A DNA stretch of 64,000 nt from Camelus ferus. Lineage: Eukaryota. The stretch lies in contig NC_045696.1 in the NCBI RefSeq assembly GCF_009834535.1, forward strand, positions 118,918,001 through 118,982,000, in the 5' to 3' direction. How positions within the stretch are numbered: position 1 is the first letter of the stretch; every line of letters starts with the position of its first letter. Below are positions 48,628-60,737 of the stretch, in pieces. Below the pieces are notes generated by a model. It was not told where the DNA came from. It saw nothing but the letters and a program-made list of their open reading frames with translations, and ran no database searches. The position numbers and the translations under genes are program-made.

Positions 48628-50491
48628 TGAGACAGGAGGGAAGGGGCAGGGCACAACCTTTAAAAGAATGACACAGCCACTGAGGATAGGACATAAACTG
48701 GTTCGAATCAACTAGGCCCAAGATAGTGGAATATTCGACTTCCTATAGAACTTAAGCCTCATTATAGCTCATTACAATAAAATTAGCCTTGCAGGTAAGA
48801 AGTACCCATCATGCACCAACACCATGACACTTCAGATCAAGACTAAATAAGTCTCTTTAGCAAATGGTGTTGGGAAAACTGGACAGCAGCATGTGAAGCA
48901 ATGAAGCTAGAACACTCCCTTACACCATACACAAAAATAAACTCAAAGTGGATCAAAGACTTAAACATAAGACAAGATACAATAAACCTCCTAGAAGAAA
49001 ATATAGGTAAAACATTATCTCACATACATCTCAAAAATGTTCTCCTAGGGCAGTCTACCCAAGAAATAGAAATAAAAGCAAAAATAAACAAATGGGACCT
49101 AATTAAACTTACAAGGTTTTGCACAGCAAAGGAAACCACAAGTAAAACAAAACGACAACCTACAGAAAGGGGGAAAATTTTGCAAAAGATGAAACTGACA
49201 AAGGCTTGATCTCCAGAATATATAAGCAGTTCACATGACTTAATAGGAAAAAAAAAAAAAAAAAAAAACCCAGTCCAAAATGGGCAGACCTAAACAAAAT
49301 TCTCCAATGAAGACATACAAATGATCAATAGGCACATGAAAAAATGCTCCGTATCACTAATTATCAGAGAAATGCAAATCAAAACTACTATGAGGTATCA
49401 CCTCACACCAGTCAGAATGGCCATCATTCAAAAGTCCATGAATGACAAATGCTGGAGAGGGTGTGGAGAAAAGGGAACCTTCCTACACTGTTGGTGGGAA
49501 TGCAGTTTGGTGCAGCCACTGTGGAAAATAGTATGGAGATTCCTCCAAAGACTAGGAATAGACTTACCATATGACCCAGAAATCCCACTCCTGGGCATAT
49601 ATCCAGAGTAACTTTAATTCAAAGAGACACCTGCACCCCAAAGTTCATAGCAGCACTATTTATAATAGTCAAGATATGGAAGCAACCTAAATGTCCATCA
49701 ACAGATGACTGGATAAAGAAGAAGTGGTATATTTATACAATGGAATACTATTCAGTCATAAAAATGACAACATAATGCCATTTGCAGCAACATGGTTGGA
49801 CCTGGAGAATGTCATTCTAAATGAAGTAAGCCAGAAAGAGAAAGAAAAATACCATGTGATATCACTCATTTGTGGAATCTAAAAAAAATTTTTAAAAGAA
49901 GACAAATGAACTTAAATATAAAAGAGAAACAGACTCATAGACACAGAATACAAACTTATTTTTGCCAGGGGGAGAGGGGTTGGGTAGGGGCAGACTGGAA
50001 GTTCAAGATTTATAGATACTGACAGGTATATATAGAATAGATGAATAAGTTTATACTGTTACAGCACAGGGAAATATAGTCAAGATCTTGTAGTAGCTCA
50101 TGGTGAAAAAGAATATGAAAACAAATATATGTATATTCATGTATGACTGAAAAACTGTGCTGTACACCAGAAATTGACACAACATTGTAAACTGACTATA
50201 ACTCAAATTTTTAAAAAAGACTAAATAAGGACAAAAATCCCTCCTCCCCTTGGGGAGGTGGAGCTAGGATGAAAATCAAAGAATACGACCCCAAACCCCT
50301 CCCTCTTCGATGCATATTCCACTTACTCATTTTCACACCCTATATAACAGGCTTGCCAAAGAAACTCAGCACGGCTGCTCACCTGAGTCTGCCTGCTCCC
50401 AAGAGTACTTAATAAATCCTCACTTTACTTTCTTGACCTCTGTGTCTCGTTTCTGAATTCTTTCTGCGACAAGACCTACTCTCCAGTAACA
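48628..50491 (+). mobile_element. ERV1-type LTR (LTR-B), split by a young L1
   Basis: TGAGACAGGAGGG start; ends CCAGTAACA; TATATAA ~50341 and AATAAA ~50411; segments 48628-48851 and 50217-50491. Confidence 0.85.
48852..50216 (+). mobile_element. Young L1 (ORF2 3' part plus 3' UTR) inserted in LTR-B
   Basis: ORFs 48901-49209 and 49321-49611 are L1 ORF2 pieces; perfect 13-bp TSD AAGACTAAATAAG at 48839-48851 and 50217-50229. Confidence 0.95.
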
Positions 50492-51319
50492 AAAGAAGCC
50501 AGACACAAAAGATCATGCATTATATGATTCCATTTGTAGGAAATACCCAGAATAGGCAATGTGTAGGAACAGAAAGTGAACTAGGGTTTTCCGGGTGCTG
50601 TAGGGCACGGGAGAATGGGTAGTGGTTGCTGATGGAGTTTCAATTTTGGGGGTGATAAAAAATGTGCTGAAAATAGACAGTGGGGATATTTGTACAACTC
50701 TGAATATACTAAAAAACACTAAAAACACTGAATCCTTTAAAAGGATGCACTTATGATATGTGGATTATATCTCAATAAAGCTGTTAAGTTTTAAATGTCC
50801 ATGCTTATTATTAAATTTTCATATTTTTTAAAACATAAAAGGGATACAGAATCATGTAAAATATCATATTTTCAAGATTTTATAACACAAAAAAGATTCA
50901 TTACCACCTTCTCACAAGAGAGCCATTGGTAATAATTAGGGGCATATGCCAATATGGTTTCTCTGAATACTAATTTTTTTTACAAAAAGTTTACATTTTA
51001 CCTGCTGCTACAAACTGTAATATTTACACTTTACAACAGTTTTCCAACTTGTTTTTTCTCTTAACGTGTATCAAAGCCACATTCTTAAGTCAGTAAATAT
51101 AACTCTATTTCCTTCTTTTTGCTATTTAGTATCATACTATGTTGATATAATAATTCATTTTAACCACTTCTCTCTGGGTGCATATCAGGATTGTTTCTAG
51201 GTTTCCTTTACTGCAAACAATGCTTCAGTGGGTATCCTTCATAAGTAACTTTTGTAAAAGTTCCCATACAGATCAAAGTCACAGCAAACCGTGTAGATGT
51301 CTTTTCAAGTACTGGGGTG

Positions 51320-51850
51320 GATATCAGGATGTCAGCTGTTCTCATCTGCCCACTTCCACTCCCTCAATTTCTTGTAACAGATCCCATTTTTCTTTGGGGC
51401 ATTGCCTCTCCCTATTTCATATGGTTCTGGTGAAGCCACAAGTTAGAGTACTCTGCTCATCTGGCCACAGTAATCAGTCCAGCAGGAGAGCCTCTGATCC
51501 AAGCAGAGCTAATCAGATTCCTTCCATGGCAATTTATGCAAAGATCCTGGGAAAGAGAAGACCTTTTTTTTTGCCTGAAGGTAGTTCCCTGAGACATAAG
51601 AACCTGGATCTCCCTGAAGCCAAATTACCCCTTTCCTACCACCTGCAGGGAGCCCACTGAGGGACATAAAAAATAAGTGAGAATGAGGCCACTGCACAGA
51701 GACAGAGAGTGAGCTAATGACATCATTCAAGTCACTGGATCCATCTGTGCCTGAAGCAATATCCAACCCTGGACTTCCCAGTTAAATAATAAATTCCCTT
51801 TTTCTGGAACTGGGTTTCTGTCTCTGGAAATGGAAAGTCTTACTGGTTCA
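51320..51850 (+). mobile_element. MaLR (MLT1K-like) LTR
   Basis: CACTGGATCCATCTGTGCCTGAAGC...CCCTGGACTTCCCAGTTAAATAATAAATTCCCTTTTT. Confidence 0.65.
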
Positions 51851-52320
51851 GTACATTTTCCAGCTTCTTTTTACATCTGATATCAGAGCCAGATTTCTGA
51901 CTGGAAGGCTGTTCTAGTTTTGTAGTTGGTGCTAAAAGAGAAGTGCCCCCTGTGCTCACACACATGCAGTCAGCACCATTCACACACTCCCTAAACACCT
52001 AGTGGCTGTTTAACTAAACTGGTTCCCTGGTTTCCTAGCAACCAGCTCCCTCTCCCCTGCCTCGCACACTTACACCCTTTGTGACACCTCCTTTTCAAGG
52101 CTGCCCTTAATGTGTGTGTGTGTGGGAGGTGGAAAAGGAGAAGGCAAGGAAATACACATATATTTCACCCCAAAACTCGAGACCTGAGACCACACATGAG
52201 AGACGGTCTAGCTCCCACTCAGAACATTCACTGACAGACTAAAGAGAGCAAGAGATTTTACTCTGCTATTAAAATTCTTGCTTGCTTATACCTGGTTACT
52301 TTTGTAAAATTAATAGTACC

Positions 52321-52709
52321 TGTTTTAATCAGCTTGGAATGCCATAGCTGGAATAGATAGGGAGGCTTAAACAGCAGGCATTTATTTCTCACAGTTCTAT
52401 AGGCCAGAAGACTGAGATCAGGGGGCCAGCACAGTCAGGTTCTGGTGAGAACTCTCTTGGCTTGAAAACGACTGCCTTCTCCCTGTGTCCTGTCATGGCC
52501 TTTCCAAAGTGCATGTGAGGAGAGACAGAGAAAGACAGAGATCTTCCTCTTTCCATAAGGCCACCAATCTCATCACGAGGGCCCCACCCTCATGACTTAA
52601 TCTAACCCTAATTACTTCTCAAAGGCCCCCATCTCCAAATACCATCACATTGGGGGTTAGGGCTTCAACATAAGAATTTTCAAAAGATGCAGACATTGTG
52701 TCCATAACA
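52321..52709 (-). mobile_element. MLT1A-type LTR
   Basis: GGCTTAAACAGCAGGCATTTATTTCTCACAGTTCT...CCAAATACCATCACATTGGGGGTTAGGGCTTCAACA...TCCATAACA. Confidence 0.9.
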
Positions 52710-53387
52710 GAATCTGCATATTATTAAAAGATTTTTCATACTTGTAATTCACACAATATTCGTTAACAGCCACATAATAAGGACAAGCTATATTTGCATC
52801 ATGCTTTACACAATCAAGGAGGCCGTTAAAGGACTTGTCCAGAGTCACACAGTCAGAAGACCAGAACACAGTGTTCCTCTCACATGTGGACTAATTTCAT
52901 TGTCTTCTGAGTCTAGAAGCTTTTAATAGTTTGCTCCGTGATTCACAATGTCATATCAGGCACAGCAACGCTAGGTCTGCACAGTGTTTATGCCACCTTT
53001 ATTTGGCAGGGCACAAGGCCCTTACCCTGTGTCTCAGGATCAATACCAGATTATATTGAAATCAGTTAATAAAGAGGTAAGTAATGTAATGAGCACTGCC
53101 ACATAGAGAGCACAGATTTACAATAACAGAGTAGCAGGCTGAAATGTCCAAACTGTGTTATTCTCATTCTGTGGCATTGGCTGTACTGGCACCTCTGTCC
53201 ATCCAAAGGCTCACCCAGAATCTGAGTCACCCTTGACCCCAGACTGTCTCCCTCACCCACCCCATCAATCCATCACCAAGAGTCCACCTCCACCACAGGA
53301 CTGCTACCTACCTCACCCCTCCACCTCCACCACCACCAATTCCTGCCACGGCATCCTGGCTGGTTTCCCTACTTCTCTCCCTCTTGC

Positions 53388-53581
53388 TAGGGTTGCCAAA
53401 TAAAATAGTGAACACCCACTTAAATTTGGGGGAACAGATAAATGATGATTTCAGATAAACAATGAACAATTTTTTTTAAGCATAAGTATGTCCCATATGA
53501 TATTTGGGACATGCTTATTTGTTATTAACTTGAATTTCAGATTTAACTGGGCATTTTTATTTGCTAATTCTGGCAACTCTA
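53388..53581 (+). mobile_element. MER53 palindromic hAT MITE
   Basis: TIRs TAGGGTTGCCA / TGGCAACTCTA, central AAGTATGTCCCA...TTGGGACATGCTT; 8-bp TSD CCTCTTGC/CCTCTTAT. Confidence 0.85.
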
Positions 53582-53640
53582 CCTCTTATCTGCCACCAGT
53601 CCTCAGGGCTGGCAGAGTAAGCTTTTGAAAACACTAAACT

Positions 53641-53800
53641 GGGGGTGGGTATAGCTCAGTGGTAGAGCGCGTGCTTAGCATGCACAAGGTCCTGGGGCCA
53701 ATTATTAAAATAAATAAACAAACAAACCAACCTAATTACCACACGCCCAAAAACAACGAAAGAAAGAAAGAAAGAAAGAAAGAAAGACAGAAAGAACGAA
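53641..53800 (+). mobile_element. tRNA-derived SINE (Vic-1-like), B box deleted, (GAAA)n tail
   Basis: GGGTATAGCTCAGTGGTAGAGCGCGTGCTTAGCATGCACAAGGTCCTGGG then jumps straight to the AT-rich part. Confidence 0.85.
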
Positions 53801-54157
53801 CGTTAAGCTGATCTGTCATTCCCCTGCCTGAACTCTTCAATACGGTGTTGTTGCTGTTTTTAAAAAAAAAAAAAACAACAACTTCTTAACATTAAGCCCT
53901 GCAGGGTCTAGTCCTTGAAGGTGAACAGTTTGAGTTCTGGACCAAAACTATTTGGGGGCTCATTTTCTAGTGTCCCGCTCAAAGAAGACTTCCTAGTATC
54001 CAGATCCCAACTGAGTAATCCTGAATCCCTCTTTATTTCCTTTACTTTCCTACTGCAGCCCTTGTGTGTGAGTGGGTGATGGGGAATCATTTATTCCGGT
54101 CCCCTCAGGTTTCCTAGTAAGGGGACTGCCACTACAGTAACACTCCTGACCTCCGGT

Positions 54158-54224
54158 CCCGCCCCTAGCAGAGGAGCAATGCCTCCTCTGATTGGCGGGT
54201 TTGGAGAAGGAATGCCATGATTGG
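54158..54224. promoter_or_regulatory. Candidate promoter module: GC box plus two CCAAT boxes
   Basis: CCCGCCCC at 54158; ATTGG at 54191 (CTGATTGGC) and 54220 (TGATTGGCC), 29 bp apart. Confidence 0.3.
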
Positions 54225-55725
54225 CCAGGCCCTCCACCTGCAGCGGCTGCTGGTCTGGGCATCTTCTACACCTGCAAAGTAGGCCTGATGGGACAGGGTT
54301 AGCCCCTGTGGCCGGAGGGGCTCAGGGAGAGGAGTGATTAGTCCAATTCAGAGGGCACATTAACAAGCCTGGTTGGCCACACTCCAGCCTTATTCTTCTC
54401 AGCAATGAAGGTGACATCTTTATCTACATCTTCTTGATTTCTGTGCCTCTTTGTTTCTAAACCGAGTGCGGTGGTGATGGGGGGAAATGTGTTAATTATT
54501 AGCCTTCCAAACCCTCAAAAGTATTCACTACAATTTGTATTTATATGTTCATGGTTATTTAACATGTAGGGGCCATGTCTGTTTTATTCGCTGCCGTAGC
54601 CCCAATGCCTTACTACAGTGCCAGACACAGATTTCTGTCTCCTTAAACTTTTCAATATCAGGATGATTGGATAACTAGGTGGGACCTTGGTGCCTACCAC
54701 AGTGCTGCCCCCCACATCACTCTGAGCACAATTAAGCCCAGGCGGGAGCTGGCAACTGAGTGCTAATTCTGATCACTTGGTGGTAGCTGTTTGGAGCTCT
54801 GTGTTGTGAAGCGCCCTGAGGCCGTGCCCAAGCTCATCGTGAAACGGCACCATGATTAATCAGTAACGTCTGCCAAGTTGCCGGCATGGTCAGTGGAGAG
54901 CAGCTGGCATGGGTAAGCCCACCTTGGTTAGCAGTATGTGGGGCTATGATGTCCCCACCAGATGCACTGGCTTGCAGCAATGCTAGTCTGGGTGGGATTG
55001 AGCGGCTCTTAGCTCAGGGACACAAGTTTGGGTATTTGCTTCCCTCCTGCTGGGCTCATCCTATAGCTGAGCTGTCTTGTGACGGGAGCCCTAGTCCACT
55101 TGCTCCTGGCTTCCTCCTCTTTCCCACTGGGTCCAACAGATGCCCGCAGGGAGTTCCTCCACCCATTATGAAAGGATTTCATGGCCCGTAAACCTCGCTG
55201 CAGTGGGAGGAAACAGGTGCACACTGGCGTCACTTGAGGCAAACTGCAAACAAGATCTTTCCTCAGTCAATTCAGCTGTAATTCAAAGACTTTCTTCTTT
55301 TACTGCTTGGAGTTCTGCCTAAGGGAAGTCTCCTTGGTGTGACCTTGATCTTGACATTGGGGCTCTTCTGGCTAATATGGTCTGCTTCCATCAATTCAGG
55401 CCAGGTATCTTGCTTTCATTTTTGAGATGTTTATGTGTGTGTGTTTATTCTTGGTCTTTAGCGGAGTGTGAACTGTCCTGGTTGCAGTCCCAAGGACACG
55501 TGTGTGTAGCTCCCATCCATGATGGTCACACTGTCCTCCGTCAACTCCGTCAGTCTCTTCTCTCATACAACTTCCCGCCATGCTATGTCGAGGGTCTTAT
55601 CATCATCCTCACCACATGTCTCCTCTTTCTCTCTTTCCCTTTTCTTTTTCCATCCAAACTTTATGGCCCTTTGCATTTCTAACCACGGTTATCACCTATT
55701 CCAGATCAGGAGTCTTCTCCTAGTC

Positions 55726-55897
55726 CAGTGGTTCTCAACCATGGCTGCACATTAGAAATAGCTTGGGGGAACTTTTAAGAACCTAATGCCCAGGAGGCAC
55801 CTGGACCAACTACATTAGAATCCCTGAGGATGCAGCCCGAGGCGCAGTAGTTTTTAAATCTCCCCAGGTGGTTCCAATGGGGAAGCTGAGACCCCAG
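55726..55897 (+). mobile_element. MER5A-type hAT-Charlie relic
   Basis: CAGTGGTTCTCAACCATGGCTGCACATTAGAA...TTTTTAAATCTCCCCAGGTGGTTCCAAT. Confidence 0.85.
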
Positions 55898-56659
55898 CCC
55901 TGGTGTGGACACTTACCAGTCACCATTCAGGGAGTCAAACTATATAATTATATGTTAAAAACAACCTCCACCCTACTGACCTTCATTAGACGTGGGTGGA
56001 AGAGACCCCAGAGGCATCCAGCATTTATAGAACAATATCCTTGCTAACACTCCCCAGCAAGTGAAGAAAAGATTAAGTTGTCAAAGTTGGAAAATACTTC
56101 CTTCTATATATTCCTTCAGATTTGCAACACAAATGAACTCCAAAGGTTCTGAGAAATGCAACGGGGAGAAAAGAGACAGCAGGAATCTATTTAACTTGGC
56201 CTTAAGTTTCCCAAGTTTATTTAAGGACAACTATTAACACCTCAAGGAACCCACTTGCAAAACACTCTTAGTCCATCTCATTTGACCAAGGCACGGAGGA
56301 GTTAAAGGATTTAAATCCCTAACAGGCACACAGACCACCCCGTGATGATATTCGCATTATCAATGATTGGATTCTGTTTTCCTTTAAATACCTTCCATCA
56401 GGAAGCACTTCCTCCCCACCTGGGGTGCATTTCTGCATTCCTTCACCCAGGCCAAGGCGATTAAGGTTCAAAGGTTCTAAAGGTCCTAAGGTGACAGTGT
56501 TAGGAACCACTGCTGTTTGACTATTAATCAGACATATAAAGAAAGCACTTTAAATATTAGAATTTATTGATTCAACACACACATATATATACACACATAC
56601 TGAATGCCTTTCGCTTGGGAGTAGCTCATACGCATATTTAACGGGTGTTAGTACAACTA

Positions 56660-56900
56660 CGGAGTAATAGTAACAATAGCTAAACCTTCTGGAGCACTTC
56701 TCATGGCCACCCACTCGCTGACTTTACTAGTGTTAACTCATTTAACTCTCACAGCAACTTCTCCAAGGTTGGTGCCATTGTTAGACCCATTTCACAGGTG
56801 GGAAACTGAGCCACAGAGAGAGTAAGTAATTTGCCCAAGGTCACAGCACTAACAGTCCGTAAGCAAGCAAGCCTTCAAACCCCGTCAGTGTGGCTCCAGA
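56660..56900 (-). mobile_element. MIR SINE
   Basis: CCCATTTCACAGGTGGGAAACTGAGCCACAGAGAG...TTTGCCCAAGGTCACAC-like core. Confidence 0.85.
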
Positions 56901-57249
56901 GGAGCCTGTGGACAGCTATTTAAATAGTGAGTGCGTTTCTATCCACTGGTTTATTAAATGAGCTTGGGGTGAGCGGTTCCCTGTGCCTCTCACAATAAAA
57001 GTATCTTGCCGCTCTGAACGTGATCCCAGTGTTTAAGATCCTGCTGTTTAAAGACTACAGCCCCTAATGCAAGTTAGCTAGTTCACCTGCTGAAACAGTG
57101 GTCGGTTCCAATGTGGGGGTGAAAATGACAGCGTGGGCTTTGAAAGAGACGGCACATGGGCCTCCAACACAGCAACCTCCCAAGGCAGTGTTCAACAGCA
57201 GTTTTCACTACATGCAATTCCCACCTTAAATCCTGGTTTCAGAACTGAG

Positions 57250-57800
57250 TTCCCATTTAAGATGTGCACAGAGCTGAGTCCTGGACATACAATCCCTGTC
57301 GTCAGCCCGAGTCACACTCTCAGTGACTCCCTTCCTCCCTGCCGACACCGCCCCTGGTCTTGTTCAGGGCAGCGATGCAGCCAGTCACCACCGATGAACC
57401 ATCACTGGTCTCTGACAATCGTGACAATTCTCTTCCACCCTCTTCGGTCCCCCATCTGCAGCAAGGCTGTGGGACAGAGTTCTAGCCGATGAGACGTGGA
57501 GGACTCGTGGAAAAGCCATGACTTTCCTAATAAAGGGGGATACAACAGACACAGCTTCAGCCATACCTTCCCTTTCTGCCTTGAGCGCAGACGTGATGGC
57601 TGGAGTAGTGGTACCCAGGGAGAAGAACAGGGATGCGAAGGAAATAATAGAGACACCATCCCTGAAATAGCCGTGAACCAGCGTCGGCAACTGCCCACTC
57701 CTGACGTCCTGTTATGTGAAAAACACAAACCTCAAATGCTTCACATCTCTGCGGTCACGTTTCCTTTCACTTGTAGCCCAAACCATTCCCTTCCTGACAC
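57250..57800 (+). mobile_element. MaLR (old MLT1) LTR
   Basis: GAGTTCTAGCCGATGAGACGT...CAGACGTGATGGCTGGAG...TTATGTGAAAAAC...CACTTGTAGCC. Confidence 0.6.
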
Positions 57801-58344
57801 ACCTGCTCTGATGGAGCATCACATTCAGGTGAGCAGGCAGACATTAATCACAGGTAGCGTGTAGGTACACAGAGAGAGCTCTGTCTGTGTATCTGTGTAT
57901 CTGTCCTGTAACTATATGCAGTTTACAAGCCGAAGTGTGCAAGATAGGTCTCTCCAGTCTCTGCGATTCACAATAATTTTCCATTAGGAGGTCTTCCTTC
58001 ACCAGGCCGTGGAACCTAAAGTCCATCCATTCAGGGCAGGGGGGTCTCCCGCTCTTCCGGCAGCTGTTTCTAAGGGACGGAGGTCATCCTGGGGTCCAGA
58101 TATTGGTGGAAGCGGGCATCTCCATCTCAGCCATCACCTTTCCACACAGGTCTCCGTGGAGACATATTTATTCCTTCGGGGCCTCACATCCCTGACTCCT
58201 GGAGCCTCCGGGCTTGGCTGTCAGCGACTTCCAGGAGCTGCTGGGGTACACAGGAACCCCTGCAGTTCCCATGCCTTTACGGGGCCTCGGGAAACCGTGG
58301 AGCTGCGGGAACCTCCTACCTCTTTGCTCCATCTCCAGCCTCAC

Positions 58345-58535
58345 TACCCAGTGCAGGAGCCAGTGACCATGTAGGGTTACTTAAATTTAAATTCATTAAA
58401 ATTTTAAAAAATTAAAAACTCATTTCTTCCATCACCCTGGCCATGTTTCAAGTGTTTAATAGCCACACGTGGCTAGCGGCTCCCATATCAGACAGGACAG
58501 ACACAGGACATTTCCATCACGCTGCGGACAGGATT
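58345..58535 (-). mobile_element. MER3/MER33-like hAT relic
   Basis: TTTCAAGTGTTTAATAGCCACACGTGGCTAGCGGCT...ACATTTCCATCAC. Confidence 0.8.
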
Positions 58536-59129
58536 GTGTGCTACTCCCAGGCCCTGCCAGGCCTTCGTGAGGCCAGAAGTCCTCGTGATCTTGCCCCAGG
58601 CTGAGGTTCCGAATGGAGGTTCTGCTCCCTCCCTGCCCCCAGGTCTTGGTTTAGGAGGAAATGGGCACAAGCCTGGGAGAAGGGCCCACCTGGATCACCG
58701 CTCTCCTCCCCTCCCTCCTCAGCACTAGCTGCCCACCAGGGAACCCCTAGCTGGTTCTGAAGGTGGGGCCTGCTGGCCCTCATCCTGTGTTCCTCCAAAC
58801 CTACTGCCTTCGCCAGGCCCTTCCAGGCGGGGCCTACACTCTTAAATCTCAAAATCCAAGAGGAGACCCTCTTCTTCAGAGGTCCCCTCTCCCTGAGGCA
58901 GAAAGTATACACAAATATTTCCACATGTCGTTCCAGCACGTAGTCACACAAAGAACGTATAATTAGCAACAGAATGAGGGCCAGGTCAATGATTTGAGGA
59001 GAAACTAGAACAAGGGGGTCTGACCTCATTTTGGGGAGGGGTTCAGAGGAGGCTGCCCACCTCCCTCTGAGATACAGAGTCTGATGACTTCAATGCACCC
59101 CCGCCGCCTCAGTTCCCCTCAAGCACCAG

Positions 59130-59710
59130 CTCCCAGCTTCTACACTTGCCTGTGTCTCCACACAGAAGCCACAGGGATCCTTCAAAAACAAAAGTCAGAT
59201 CTTGCTATGTGGGTGTCGAACATCTGCAGTAGCGCCCATGTCCCCAGGGGGGAGTCAGAGTCCTTACCATGGCCTGCAAGGCCCTCCGTGATCTGTAGCC
59301 CCTGCCCCGTCACCCTGAGGGCCTCATCCCCCGACTCTCCTCCTGGCTGCTCCCCCTGCTCCGGCCACCTTGCTCGTCCTCGAACAAGCCAAGAGCACCC
59401 TTACTTTCAGGGCCTTTGCACCTGATGTTTTCACCCTCCCTTCCTTCCGTCTCTGCTCAGATGTTCCCCTGGCAGAGAAACCTCCCCTGCCCACCAGGCT
59501 AAAGCAGCAACCCCATCCCCACCTTGGCTTCTCCCTCCTTACCGTGCTTTACTTTTCTTCTCAGTGCAACTAGCCCCCGATGTACTGACTATTTCCAACA
59601 TGTTTATTTCACACCTCCCCGACTAGACTATCAGCCCAGGAAAGAAGGAACTTTTTCTCTTCACCCAGAAGACTGCCTGGAATGTAGCTGGTGACATATA
59701 CATGAATGAA
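59130..59710 (+). mobile_element. L2 LINE 3' region
   Basis: CCACACAGAAGCCACAGGGATCCTTCAAAAACAAAAGTCAGATC...CAGGGCCTTTGCAC...TGAATGAA. Confidence 0.75.
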
Positions 59711-60737
59711 GTGACCTTTGAGCTGAGAACTAAAGGGTGAGCAGGAAGATGAGAGTTGGGGGGTGGAAGCACTGTTTCAGGAAGAAAGCAACACACGTGC
59801 AAAGGCCCTGAGGTGGAGGAAACATGGGCAAGTTACTGGGGTTAGAGTACAGAGTGATACAGACATGAGGATGCAGGGAAGGGGTGGCAAGAGGCAGCGA
59901 CTAGATCATAAGGACCTCCCAGGTCCTGGCTAAGAGCAAGATATTAAGGTAGACAATGATGTAATCACATCTGCTTGTTGAAAGCTTCTTCTGAAGGTGC
60001 TGGGGAGGAGGGGCAAGGGAAGGCAATAAAAGGACCAAGGAGAGATTCTGTAACGTCCTAGGGAGAGAAGATGCTGGCAGACAGCATCTGATTCTCATTA
60101 CGAACATATTGTTTAAGCACAACTTTCTAGAAACACATATTTCACAAGCATCCCTGACATGGAAGATAAATGTCCACGTAAGTATCAGATATTACAGTCA
60201 TTTTGAGAGCAGTGCATTACAGTTTATGAATAAAAGGATGTCTAAGGAATTCAAATAACCTATCGAGGCAAATAAAGTACGTTTCATGTGAATATATACA
60301 TACACACGCATATATATATTCATAAAAATTGCTACACCTTAGGCAAGCCCTGCCTGGAGATGGATTATCTTGATTTGTACCTCTGATCTTCCTGTTAAGA
60401 TGTCTATTCATGCTGACTTCTAAAACCTACTTGAAGGTAACACATTCATCATCCACAAACACAGATCTTCCACGTCCATATAACTGTGTATCACAGGACC
60501 AGGTTATCTCTGCTAGTTCTAGTTACATCTGCCAACCAGATGACCATTAAACAGCTTCTTTTTCTTTTTCAGACAAAGATTAGCTTGAAAAGGGCATCTG
60601 TTTTTGTAAGGGTAAATAGTCTATCTTTGGGTTATGGAGAGAAATTCAAAAACTGATTTTTTTTTAATTACGTTTTCAAGGTTATGAAATATGAAGACTA
60701 ATTCATGCATAACATTTTTCATTTTAGTAAGAAGAGC

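Larger units (their letters stand above)
47295..50790 (+). mobile_element. Old L1M (L1MB-like) ORF2/3' UTR, two overlapping segments, split by an LTR
   Basis: [20 protein letters not shown] at ~47345; the region is repeated from ~47852; resumes AAAGAAGCCAGACACAAAAG at 50492; ends ATTATATCTCAATAAAGCTGTT. Confidence 0.85.
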
